Origin: an uncultured delta proteobacterium
Lineage (GTDB): Bacteria; Desulfobacterota; Desulfobacteria; Desulfobacterales; UBA11574
Length of the DNA: 64,000 nt
Reading direction: 5' to 3'
NCBI GenBank assembly: GCA_963778575.1
Contig: CAVZUV010000003.1
Span: 17,903 to 81,902, forward strand
Position numbers and translations under genes: made by a program. This document shows, piece after piece, positions 1 to 7,788 of this stretch (its first letter is position 1; every line of letters starts with the position of its first letter). The notes beneath the pieces were generated by a model. It was not told the origin of the DNA and ran no database searches. It saw nothing but the letters and a program-made list of their open reading frames with translations.

Positions 1-426
1 TTCAGCGAAGGACAGTTTTATCGGTCCTGTGGAACCGACCCCCGAAGGAATATTGTGGAAAAGGGCATCGATCAGCGTTCTTAGCTTTGGCCGCAATTCT
101 TGTTCCACCAGTGAAGTGACGGCCAGGCGAACCCCGCAGTTAATATCGTAGCCCACTCCGCCCGGAGAGATCACCCCCGAATTCAAGTCAAAAGCAGCCA
201 CGCCGCCGATGGGAAAGCCATACCCCCAGTGCATATCCGGCATGGCCAGAGATGCTTTTAAAATGCCGGGAAGCGTAGCGACATTGGCCACCTGTTTTAA
301 CGGTTCGTTCCGGCTATCGCCTTTGAGCATCGATTCGGTTGCGTAGACGATTCCCGGTACCCGCATAGCGCCGGTTTTAGGAACCTCCCAGCGGTATTTG
401 TCTATTTGTCTGATGGGTATGGTCAT
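1..426 (-). CDS. rtcB: RNA-splicing ligase RtcB, N-terminal 142 codons (rest lies beyond window start)
   Basis: Own reverse translation from ATG at 426..424 is open to position 1. It gives [34 protein letters not shown]...[19 protein letters not shown]...[14 protein letters not shown], which are typical RtcB N-terminal metal-site motifs. Absent from the ORF track because it is truncated. Confidence 0.9.
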   Translation of the reverse strand, partial: MTIPIRQIDKYRWEVPKTGAMRVPGIVYATESMLKGDSRNEPLKQVANVATLPGILKASLAMPDMHWGYGFPIGGVAAFDLNSGVISPGGVGYDINCGVRLAVTSLVEQELRPKLRTLIDALFHNIPSGVGSTGPIKLSFAE

Positions 427-438
427 TAAATGTCTCGA

Positions 439-580
439 GAGACCTTTGAAAAACGCTCCCTTTTGCCCAATTCCGGCGTTAGGCGAAAATTTTAATCCTC
501 GAAATACTGAATGTATGTCTGTGGTTGAAATTTTCGCCTGCCTTGGACTTGAACAAAATTGAACATTTTTCAAAGGTCTC
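439..580. repeat. Long imperfect inverted repeat in the archease-rtcB spacer
   Basis: GAGACCTTTGAAAAA (439..453) is the exact reverse complement of 566..580. AGGCGAAAATTT (481..492) is the exact reverse complement of 528..539. The 26-27 nt between the two stems are also largely complementary when G-U pairs are allowed. Confidence 0.75.
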
Positions 581-635
581 GTTGTTTGTGTTGTTTAATA
601 AAACGTATCATTTTGCATAAGAGATGGCAATCAGA

Positions 636-1037
636 TTAGATATCGAAAATAACTCCGGCCTCCCATCCCGAAGGGCCGCTTTTGACATAAATCTGGTGAT
701 AGGTCACCGCTTTGATTTCGGTTTTAATAATATGGCGATCCGGGGTATAGGCATCAAAACAGATTTTTGCGGAAAGTTTTTTATCGGAAAGGGATAAAAT
801 TTCTACGGACTTGACCAGCCTTTTTTTGCCGTTCCACCAGTACAAAACCTCTCTAAGCCAGTTGACCATCAAATCGGGCCAGTCATCCCCGGAAACCGTT
901 ATCTTTCGAGAATCATTGCCGCTTAGCGCCTTTGTTTCCGTAAGAACGTCGAACAAAGCCCATGCAGCATTGCTAAAAAGCTCTTGTGGGTCGGTACCAA
1001 ATACGCGTATGCCGAAATCGGCGGTATGCTCAATCAC
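636..1037 (-). CDS. Archease (RtcB activator family)
   Basis: The 133-aa ORF starts MIEHTADFGIRVFG and ends ...IKAVTYHQ..., the archease signature. It lies directly upstream of rtcB on the same strand. Confidence 0.85.
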   Translation of the reverse strand: MIEHTADFGIRVFGTDPQELFSNAAWALFDVLTETKALSGNDSRKITVSGDDWPDLMVNWLREVLYWWNGKKRLVKSVEILSLSDKKLSAKICFDAYTPDRHIIKTEIKAVTYHQIYVKSGPSGWEAGVIFDI

Positions 1038-1054
1038 TTCGTATTTTGCTTTAT

Positions 1055-1099
1055 CCTCTTTCCTCTTTTCTATTTTCTCTTTCCTCTTTCCCTTTTTCC
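1055..1099. repeat. Polypyrimidine tract containing a dispersed 22-nt word
   Basis: CTCTTTTCTATTTTCTCTTTCC (1063..1084) is the reverse complement of GGAAAGAGAAAATAGAAAAGAG. That is nearly identical to GGGAAAGAGAAAATAGGAAAGAG at 6581..6603. Confidence 0.6.
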
Positions 1100-1100
1100 A

Positions 1101-3029
1101 TCAAAGGATGACTTGTCCGGTCTTTTCCGTGCTGTATCCGCCCAGGGCTTCGACCTGCTTTTTGAACTTTTGCGAATGGATGGTTTCAAGAAGGATCTGA
1201 ATATTTTCAGATCCAAAAAAGTGTTCCGGAATAATAAGATCATACTGTTCCGTAACCACCGGAATAAAATCGAGGTCGAGCGCTTTGGCGGCGGCATAAA
1301 TGCCCAGCGTCACATCCGCCGTGCCGCTCTGAACCGCCACGGCCACTGACATGTGGGTAAATTCTTCATTTTCGTATCCAGTGACTTCGGATGGATCGAT
1401 GCCCAGTTGTCTGAGTCGAAAATCCAGAAGAATTCTGGTACCGGAGCCTGCCTGACGATTGATAAACCGGATGTCCTCGCGGCAAAGATCTTCGATACCC
1501 TTAAGGGCTTTAGGATTTCCCCGCGGCAGGATGAGCCCCTGGTCTCTCAGCACGAGATGGACCAGTTTGACCTTTATATCCGGCAGATATTTTTTGACAT
1601 ACGATATATTGTATGATCCGTCTTCCGTATCGAGAAGGTGGGATCCGGCCAAATGGCAGCCGCCCTTTTTAATGGCCATGAGACCGCCCATACTGCCGAC
1701 ATGACTCGAAGACAGGGTGAGGGTTTTTTGTCCGACCCGAATCTGGTTGGCCAGTACATCCAGTGTGTTGTCATGGCTTCCCACCACAACGATGGTATTC
1801 TGAATCGAAGAGAGCGGGCGCAACAGTTCAGCGTCGACGGGTTCCTGAGGGTTTATCCCTTCCAGATTTTTCGGTACCCGGATGATGCCGTCCGCTTCGG
1901 TCAAGGTCGTGATGCAGCCTGCGCCTCTGGGAAGCGGTATGGCTACAATTTTATCGCCTACCGCTCCCAGTTTTACCCGTATAAATTCTTCCAGTCCGAG
2001 CTTGGAAGCGATTTTCCGGGTGGGTTCCACTTGAACTTTCGGCCTTTCCTTTTCAGATTGGCCCAGCATAAAGGATATCAAAGGCCCGACAAACTGTTCA
2101 AAAGCAACGATAGCGGATACCGGGTATCCCGGCATCCCGAATACCGGTTTTTTTTTGATTTCACCGATTAACACCGGTTTCCCGGGCATAATGGTCACGC
2201 CGTGAACCAATACTTCACCCAGTTCATCCACCGCATGTTGGGTATAATCTCTTGACCCTGCGGACGAACCGCCGACGGTCAAGACCATGTCGACATCGCT
2301 GTTTACGGCATCCAAGACGGCTGTTTTAATTTTCATGGGATCGTCGGCGATCATATTGTGCCGGATAAAGGCGCCGCCGCAGGATTCGATCAGTTTTCCC
2401 AGAACAAAGGAATTGGTTTCAATCACCTGACCGGGCAAAAGATTTTCAACGGCTGTTTCACGCCAGTCGACAAGCTCGGACCCTGTTGGAATGATCAGCA
2501 CTCTGGGTCGGGCCAAAACCGGCACTTTAAAAATGCCGCCTGAAAGCAGGGCTCCCACACAATACGGGGTGATGACATGATATTGGGGAAAGAGAAGCTC
2601 GGTGGCCACAATATCTTCGCCAACTTTCCGAACGTTCTGCCAGGGAAATGCCGGCGCCTCGATCTCGATCCGGTCCTGGTCAATGACATGGACATACTCG
2701 ATCATGATCACCGTATCGGTGTTTTCGGGCATGACATGGCCGGTGTTGACATAGAAAGCATTTTTGCCGATAAGCAATTCCTTTGGCCGTGTTTCGGAAG
2801 CGCCGAAGGTATCTGCTGCTTTTACGGCGATACCGTCCATGGCGGACAAATGAAAATTGGGCGAGGAGATTACGGCCAATGCCGGTTCAGCCAAAATCCG
2901 GCCCACTGCATCGGGCACGGAGACCATTTCTTTGGAAATCGCTCTACCAATAAAAAATCGTTTAAAGAGAATCCCACGCGCCTCTTCCAGGGTTTTCATT
3001 TTTAAATAAATATTGCGTTTAGGGTTCAT
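1101..3029 (-). CDS. MoeA-like molybdopterin molybdo/tungsto-transferase fused to a C-terminal periplasmic-binding-protein-like domain
   Basis: 642 aa. The N-terminal ~400 aa are MoeA-like (SAMDGIAV, TGSELV, GGSSAGSRDY, PGKP, GMPGYPVS). The C-terminal ~230 aa resemble the PBP-like domain seen in archaeal-type MoeA fusions. An alternative start at M11 is possible. Confidence 0.8.
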   Translation of the reverse strand: MNPKRNIYLKMKTLEEARGILFKRFFIGRAISKEMVSVPDAVGRILAEPALAVISSPNFHLSAMDGIAVKAADTFGASETRPKELLIGKNAFYVNTGHVMPENTDTVIMIEYVHVIDQDRIEIEAPAFPWQNVRKVGEDIVATELLFPQYHVITPYCVGALLSGGIFKVPVLARPRVLIIPTGSELVDWRETAVENLLPGQVIETNSFVLGKLIESCGGAFIRHNMIADDPMKIKTAVLDAVNSDVDMVLTVGGSSAGSRDYTQHAVDELGEVLVHGVTIMPGKPVLIGEIKKKPVFGMPGYPVSAIVAFEQFVGPLISFMLGQSEKERPKVQVEPTRKIASKLGLEEFIRVKLGAVGDKIVAIPLPRGAGCITTLTEADGIIRVPKNLEGINPQEPVDAELLRPLSSIQNTIVVVGSHDNTLDVLANQIRVGQKTLTLSSSHVGSMGGLMAIKKGGCHLAGSHLLDTEDGSYNISYVKKYLPDIKVKLVHLVLRDQGLILPRGNPKALKGIEDLCREDIRFINRQAGSGTRILLDFRLRQLGIDPSEVTGYENEEFTHMSVAVAVQSGTADVTLGIYAAAKALDLDFIPVVTEQYDLIIPEHFFGSENIQILLETIHSQKFKKQVEALGGYSTEKTGQVIL

Positions 3030-3151
3030 TTTTTTCTCTGATTGATAGGGTTTGTTTTTAGAGTTTTTAAATTTTTAAAAACAGTATCGATTTAGGCACA
3101 ATTAATTTTTTTTGTTTTAAAAATCTAATCCCGTTTCTGGATGGAAACCCA

Positions 3152-4381
3152 TTATATGGGGATAACTTCGACCATAGCCCCCCTATCAAGTCCTTCGGTA
3201 TTCAACCCGATCTCGATCAACCCATCGGCGTTTACCATGGTATTGATGAGTCCTGACTTACCAAGTACGGGTTCGGCCCACAGCATGCCGTCTTTTTGGT
3301 ACAATTTTACGCGCACGTAGTCGGCCCGGCCCTGGGTGGATGAAACGTTTCTGCTAAGTTGTGCAATAAGATTGAACTGTTTTTTGTGCTCGGGCAAAAA
3401 GCCGGCGATATGTTCGATAAACGGTTTAACGACAATTTCGAAGACCACCATGGTCGAAGTCACCTGCCCGGGCAGCCCCCAAATGGCCCGGCGTTGAGAC
3501 CTGGCAAGAATCGTGGGTTTCCCCGGGCTTATGGAAATGCCGTGAACAAGAATTTCGGATTCAGGAAGGGCCGAGAACACTTCGATGGTGTAATCCCGGG
3601 TGCCCATGGAACTTCCTCCTGATATCAAAACCATATCGGATTGTCTCAGGGCGGCTGTGCATTTTTCGATAAGGTCGTCGAAATTGTCTCGAACAATGCC
3701 GTAGGTCATTGGAACCGCGCCGGATTTTTGTACCAATCCTGCAAGTGTATATGTGTTGATATCGCGAATCAGGCCGGGTTCGGGTATCTCCTTGATGGAT
3801 ACCACTTCATCGCCGGAAGAAATGATGCCGATGACCGGCTTTTTATAGACCGCGACCCTTTCTATGCCAAAGGCGGCTAATAGGCCGATTTCCTGAGGTC
3901 TGATCCGTTTTCCGGCCGGCACCAGGACAGCCCCTTTTTTGAAATCTTCTCCTTTTTCAAGAATGTTTTGCGCCGGCGCAACGCTTCGATAAACTTCTAT
4001 GGTTGTTTTATCGATGGCTTCCGTGTGTTCGATCATCACCACGCTGTCAGCACCCTTTGGCAACATACCGCCGGTTGAAATTCCGGCGGCCTCCCCCGCG
4101 TCGATGGAAAAATCGGGGATTGCGCCCATGGGAACGGAACCGATAACGGTCAGATACGCCGGATTTGATTCAGAAGCGCCAAAGGTTGAAGAAGCGCGGA
4201 CAGCATACCCATCCATGGTGGATCGCATAAAATTCGGAAGATCGACATCAGCATTCACATCTTGGGCAAGAATCCTGCCCATGGCGTCGACAAGGGGGAT
4301 GTCTTGGGTTTCAACCCTCGGAAAGCGCGGCACGTATCCCAGCACATTACCCAGGTCGGTAACTTTGAAAAATTCTTTCAT
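3152..4381 (-). CDS. moeA: Molybdopterin molybdenumtransferase MoeA
   Basis: 409 aa with MoeA motifs STMDGYAV, SSGDEV, SGGSSMGTRDY, PGKP and GLPGQVTS. Confidence 0.85.
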   Translation of the reverse strand: MKEFFKVTDLGNVLGYVPRFPRVETQDIPLVDAMGRILAQDVNADVDLPNFMRSTMDGYAVRASSTFGASESNPAYLTVIGSVPMGAIPDFSIDAGEAAGISTGGMLPKGADSVVMIEHTEAIDKTTIEVYRSVAPAQNILEKGEDFKKGAVLVPAGKRIRPQEIGLLAAFGIERVAVYKKPVIGIISSGDEVVSIKEIPEPGLIRDINTYTLAGLVQKSGAVPMTYGIVRDNFDDLIEKCTAALRQSDMVLISGGSSMGTRDYTIEVFSALPESEILVHGISISPGKPTILARSQRRAIWGLPGQVTSTMVVFEIVVKPFIEHIAGFLPEHKKQFNLIAQLSRNVSSTQGRADYVRVKLYQKDGMLWAEPVLGKSGLINTMVNADGLIEIGLNTEGLDRGAMVEVIPI

Positions 4382-4555
4382 TTTGAAAAATTTCCATTTA
4401 AATATAAATTATAACACAAAATAACGTTGCGTTCGCACCCTAATTAATATGTTGGCGGTTCATGTGTCAAGGCGTTGATGAAAAATAGGGATGCAAAACT
4501 TGGTTTTGAAGTTTTCTCCTTGAAAAAATTGGTGTTTTTCATTAAAGGAATTCAT

Positions 4556-5302
4556 ATGGGCTATGTTTTTGACTTTAATGATGCGATTTATTACGAAGAG
4601 CGGATGCACGATTCACACAACAAGGTTGCCGTTGAACTTGAAGAACGCTTGATGTTTGATGCGCTCCGGCCCGGACGCGGTGATAGTATTATCGATATCG
4701 GTTGCGGAACCGGAAACGCGTTGCTGACGTTTCTGGACCGGGGACTCCGGGTAACCGGTATTGACGCCTCACCTTATATGATTGACATTGCATCGAAAAA
4801 AGTTGGTAATCGCGCAGATATCCGCCGGGCCTTTGCAGAGGATCTTCCCTTTGAGGATAATTCCTTTAACTATGCCTGCCTTATCACCACCCTTGAATTT
4901 GTCGAAGATCCGAAAAAAGCCCTTGAAGAAGCCTGCCGGGTAACGAAAGATAAAATATTTCTGGGGGTCCTTAACCGTTATGCGATCAAGGGGGTTCAAC
5001 GGCGCATCAAAGGGGTTTTTACCCGAACCATCTATAATCACGCCCATTTTTTCAGCATTTGGGAGCTTAAGGATATTATTCGCTCACTATTGGGAGACGT
5101 ACCCGTATCTTGGAAAACCATATGCCAGTTTTCAGCATCTCCGGGCCGGTTCACCGGCAGATTCGAACAATATTCGCTGATACAAAAATGCCCCTTCGGT
5201 GCATTTATCGGCATGGGAGTTACCCTCGTTCCCCGTTTCAGAACCAGACCCCTGACCGTGCCTTACAAAGCCAAACATACTACCGGTGAAGTGCCCGGGT
5301 AA
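4556..5302 (+). CDS. Class I SAM-dependent methyltransferase
   Basis: Motif I IIDIGCGTGN plus a Methyltransf_11-like core. ATG 4556 is preferred over ORF start 4475 because AAGGA lies 8 nt upstream. Confidence 0.7.
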   Translation: MGYVFDFNDAIYYEERMHDSHNKVAVELEERLMFDALRPGRGDSIIDIGCGTGNALLTFLDRGLRVTGIDASPYMIDIASKKVGNRADIRRAFAEDLPFEDNSFNYACLITTLEFVEDPKKALEEACRVTKDKIFLGVLNRYAIKGVQRRIKGVFTRTIYNHAHFFSIWELKDIIRSLLGDVPVSWKTICQFSASPGRFTGRFEQYSLIQKCPFGAFIGMGVTLVPRFRTRPLTVPYKAKHTTGEVPG

Positions 5303-5326
5303 TTAACCTCAAAGCTTAAAACTTAT

Positions 5327-5487
5327 GGAACACAGATGACACAGATTATGCGGATTTTCGCGGATCATATAGAAATTAGGGGGCTCATGCGGCGCAAGCG
5401 CCTGCGCTACGCGTTGCCACAATGGTGAGCGGAGCGAACCAACTTGAATATCTGTGCAGATCCGTTAAATCCGCGTCATCTGTGTCC
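5327..5487. repeat. MITE/REP-like imperfect inverted-repeat element
   Basis: The left arm is GGAACACAGATGAC..GCGGATTTTCGCGGATC (5327..5366). The reverse complement of the right arm is GGACACAGATGACGCGGATTTAACGGATC (5449..5487). An ~80-nt GC-rich core holds the small palindrome GGCGCAAGCGCC. Confidence 0.6.
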
Positions 5488-5548
5488 TATAAATAAAAAA
5501 ACAAATGACCAATAACCGATGACAAAGCTCAAACAAGGAGCCGGAAAG

Positions 5549-6562
5549 ATGGAAGCGTATCTGTGGGAGTCGTTAGATGACAGCAGGGTAAAATGCAATC
5601 TTTGTAACCATCGCTGCAATATAAAAGACGGTCACCGCGGAATATGCGGTGTGCGTGAGAACCGCGGCGGCGTACTGGAAACATTGGTTTACGGAAAAGT
5701 GATTGCCCGGCACATCGATCCCATCGAGAAAAAACCGCTGTTTCATTATCTTCCGGGGAGTCTTTCCTATTCTATTGCGACAGTGGGATGCAACTTCAAA
5801 TGCCGATTTTGTCAGAATGCGGATATCGCCCAAATGCCGTCCGACCAAAACGGGAGAATCATCGGCGATGCTTTTACGCCGGAGGATGTTGTGGCTCAGG
5901 CGATAAAAGGGGATTGTCAAACGATTGCCTATACCTATACAGAACCCACCGTTTATTTTGAATTTGCCTATGACACGGCAAAACTCGCAGCGGAAAAGGG
6001 GATTCGAAATGTATTCGTCACCAACGGATACATGACCGAAGAAGCGCTTCAAATGATCCATCCTTTTCTTGATGCCGCCAACGTCGATTTGAAGGCATTT
6101 ACCGAAGATTTCTACCTGAAAACCTGCAAAGCCAAGCTTGTGCATGTGAAAGAGACGTTGAAGCGGATGAAATCCCTGGGAGTTTTTGTCGAAGTGACGA
6201 CACTGATTATTCCGGGATTGAACGATGACAGAAAAGAACTCGAAAATTTGGCGGCTTTTTTGGCAGATGAGTTGGGTCCGGAAACCCCATGGCATATCAG
6301 CCGGTTCCATCCCACTTATAAGCTGCTGGATCAGCCTCCGACCCCCGTTGAAACCCTGTTTAAGGCCCGTGACATCGCCAAAAAAGCCGGTTTGAACTAC
6401 GTGTATGTCGGCAATGTGCCGGGTGGGAAGGGGGAAAACACGTTCTGTCACCAGTGTAACCGACGCTTGATTGACCGATGGGGATTTTATGTCCGCGACA
6501 TTCGAATAAAAAACGGGAAGTGTCCGGAATGCGGTGCGGCGGTATACGGGGTGTGGGAGTAA
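5549..6562 (+). CDS. Radical SAM enzyme, AmmeMemoRadiSam-system / PflA-like type
   Basis: CNFKCRFCQN is a CxxxCxxC cluster. The N-terminal Cys-rich CNLCNHRCNIKDGHRGICGVR and the C-terminal CHQCN..CPECG are typical of this family. AGGAG lies 9 nt upstream of ATG 5549. Confidence 0.75.
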   Translation: MEAYLWESLDDSRVKCNLCNHRCNIKDGHRGICGVRENRGGVLETLVYGKVIARHIDPIEKKPLFHYLPGSLSYSIATVGCNFKCRFCQNADIAQMPSDQNGRIIGDAFTPEDVVAQAIKGDCQTIAYTYTEPTVYFEFAYDTAKLAAEKGIRNVFVTNGYMTEEALQMIHPFLDAANVDLKAFTEDFYLKTCKAKLVHVKETLKRMKSLGVFVEVTTLIIPGLNDDRKELENLAAFLADELGPETPWHISRFHPTYKLLDQPPTPVETLFKARDIAKKAGLNYVYVGNVPGGKGENTFCHQCNRRLIDRWGFYVRDIRIKNGKCPECGAAVYGVWE

Positions 6563-6566
6563 TTGC

Positions 6567-6734
6567 AGGAAGAAGGAAATGGGAAAGAGAAAATAGGAAA
6601 GAGGGTAAAGGAAACCACGGATAAACGAGAGTTGGTCAATTCGTCGAATGGTCGATTGGTCAAATCGTAAAAAACGATTCAACTGTTTAACCAACGTTGT
6701 TATCTCTTTTCTCTTTTCTAATTTCTATTTTCCC
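6567..6734. repeat. Purine-arm / pyrimidine-arm imperfect palindrome between convergent genes
   Basis: The left arm GGAAGAAGGAAATGGGAAAGAGAAAATAGGAAAGAGGG (from 6567) is partly complementary to the right arm TCTCTTTTCTCTTTTCTAATTTCTATTTTCCC (6703..6734). The centre carries three copies of GGTC(A/G)A(T)T. Confidence 0.6.
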
Positions 6735-6741
6735 AGGATTT

Positions 6742-7227
6742 TCAATTCAGATCCCGTACGGGCAATACCCGGTAGTCTCTATTGTGCGCCATTCGGTCTG
6801 AATACGAGTACCCCCGGTGGAAATTGAAAATATATGCCTGAATCGCCGATGTTTCCGATGTCCATATCCAGCCGCAGCTTAGCTTTATAACCGGAACGAT
6901 CTTTACTTGCTGGCCGCAATCCGTTTCATACCCTTTATATTTTTTATCCTGAACATAGAGGCTTTGAAGCTCTGCCCGCGTGGGAAGCCGCCAGTTGTCG
7001 TATTTTTTTTCAAGGGTATCCGGGAAGGTATATTTGATCCATAGATTGGCCTGTTTCCAGTTGATATTGCCCTGATTGTCTGTTTTGGCCCACATCACCC
7101 CCAGTTGATGGTCCGTCACCGTGCCGTCACCGTTATCCGTAAAGCGTCCTGTCGCCGAAACCCATGTGCCGAATAAAAAAATACACATTAAAATGATCCA
7201 TACAGGAGCTGATTTTGTTCGGGACAT
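6742..7227 (-). CDS. DUF1566 (Lcl C-terminal domain) secreted protein
   Basis: Has an N-terminal signal-like hydrophobic segment. Motifs DNGDGTVTD..GVMW and WRLPTRAELQSL are typical of DUF1566. Confidence 0.7.
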   Translation of the reverse strand: MSRTKSAPVWIILMCIFLFGTWVSATGRFTDNGDGTVTDHQLGVMWAKTDNQGNINWKQANLWIKYTFPDTLEKKYDNWRLPTRAELQSLYVQDKKYKGYETDCGQQVKIVPVIKLSCGWIWTSETSAIQAYIFNFHRGYSYSDRMAHNRDYRVLPVRDLN

Positions 7228-7238
7228 GGTTCCTCCTA

Positions 7239-7733
7239 TTACTTATGCTCTATTTTTTCCCTCAATCGTTGCGCGTTTTTTTCATCCCGATGGGAAAGGA
7301 CGGGAACCGGTGAGCGCCGGAAAAGCTTTTCGGCCACCGATCCGATAAATATATGTTCGAGATCCGTGCGTCCCTTTACCCCCATGATAATCATATCGAC
7401 GTTTTCCGACACGATCAGCTTCAACAGCTCTGCGGTTGGATTGCCCACCTTGAAAACCATTCGGACATGTTCACGATCAATATCTGAATGTTCAATGAAA
7501 TGATTCAGCATATTTTTCCGTTCGGTTTTAATTCCTTCCGCATAATGTTCGCTGTCCACCTCGTATCCCATGGATGTCACCATTTCCACCGCCATGATAT
7601 CCCTGGAATTGATGATACTGGCCACCACCAAATGCGCATTCAGAATTATTGCGATTTTAACCGCATAATCGAAGGTCCCTTTTGAATAAGATGTAAAGTC
7701 GAGGGCCACCATGATTTTTTTGATATCGCTCAT
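7239..7733 (-). CDS. Universal stress protein (UspA family)
   Basis: IMVALDFS...DMIIMGVKGRTDLEHIFIGSVAEKLFRRSPVPVL is the Usp signature. ATG 7733 has AAGGA 8 nt upstream, whereas the ORF track starts at 7763. Confidence 0.8.
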   Translation of the reverse strand: MSDIKKIMVALDFTSYSKGTFDYAVKIAIILNAHLVVASIINSRDIMAVEMVTSMGYEVDSEHYAEGIKTERKNMLNHFIEHSDIDREHVRMVFKVGNPTAELLKLIVSENVDMIIMGVKGRTDLEHIFIGSVAEKLFRRSPVPVLSHRDEKNAQRLREKIEHK

Positions 7734-7788
7734 GCGTTTGTCCTTTTTATTTTTTTTCAACACCCATGGATTCTGTTTTTCAAATGCG

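Noticed and set aside
1055-1099. Tandem word repeats here and in other spacers as possible CRISPR or VNTR arrays
   Set aside because: The words are degenerate, not regularly spaced with unique spacers, and occur as inverted arms. No cas genes are present in the window.
4382-4474. Possible Moco riboswitch upstream of moeA
   Set aside because: The spacer is far too short (under 100 nt) and lacks the conserved Moco-motif helices. Only an extended -10-like TGTTATAAT (minus strand, about 4408..4416) is seen.
5573-6694. 373-aa minus-strand ORF
   Set aside because: It lies entirely antisense to the well-supported radical SAM gene, with no motifs or Shine-Dalgarno sequence. It is a by-product of the sense-strand codon pattern.
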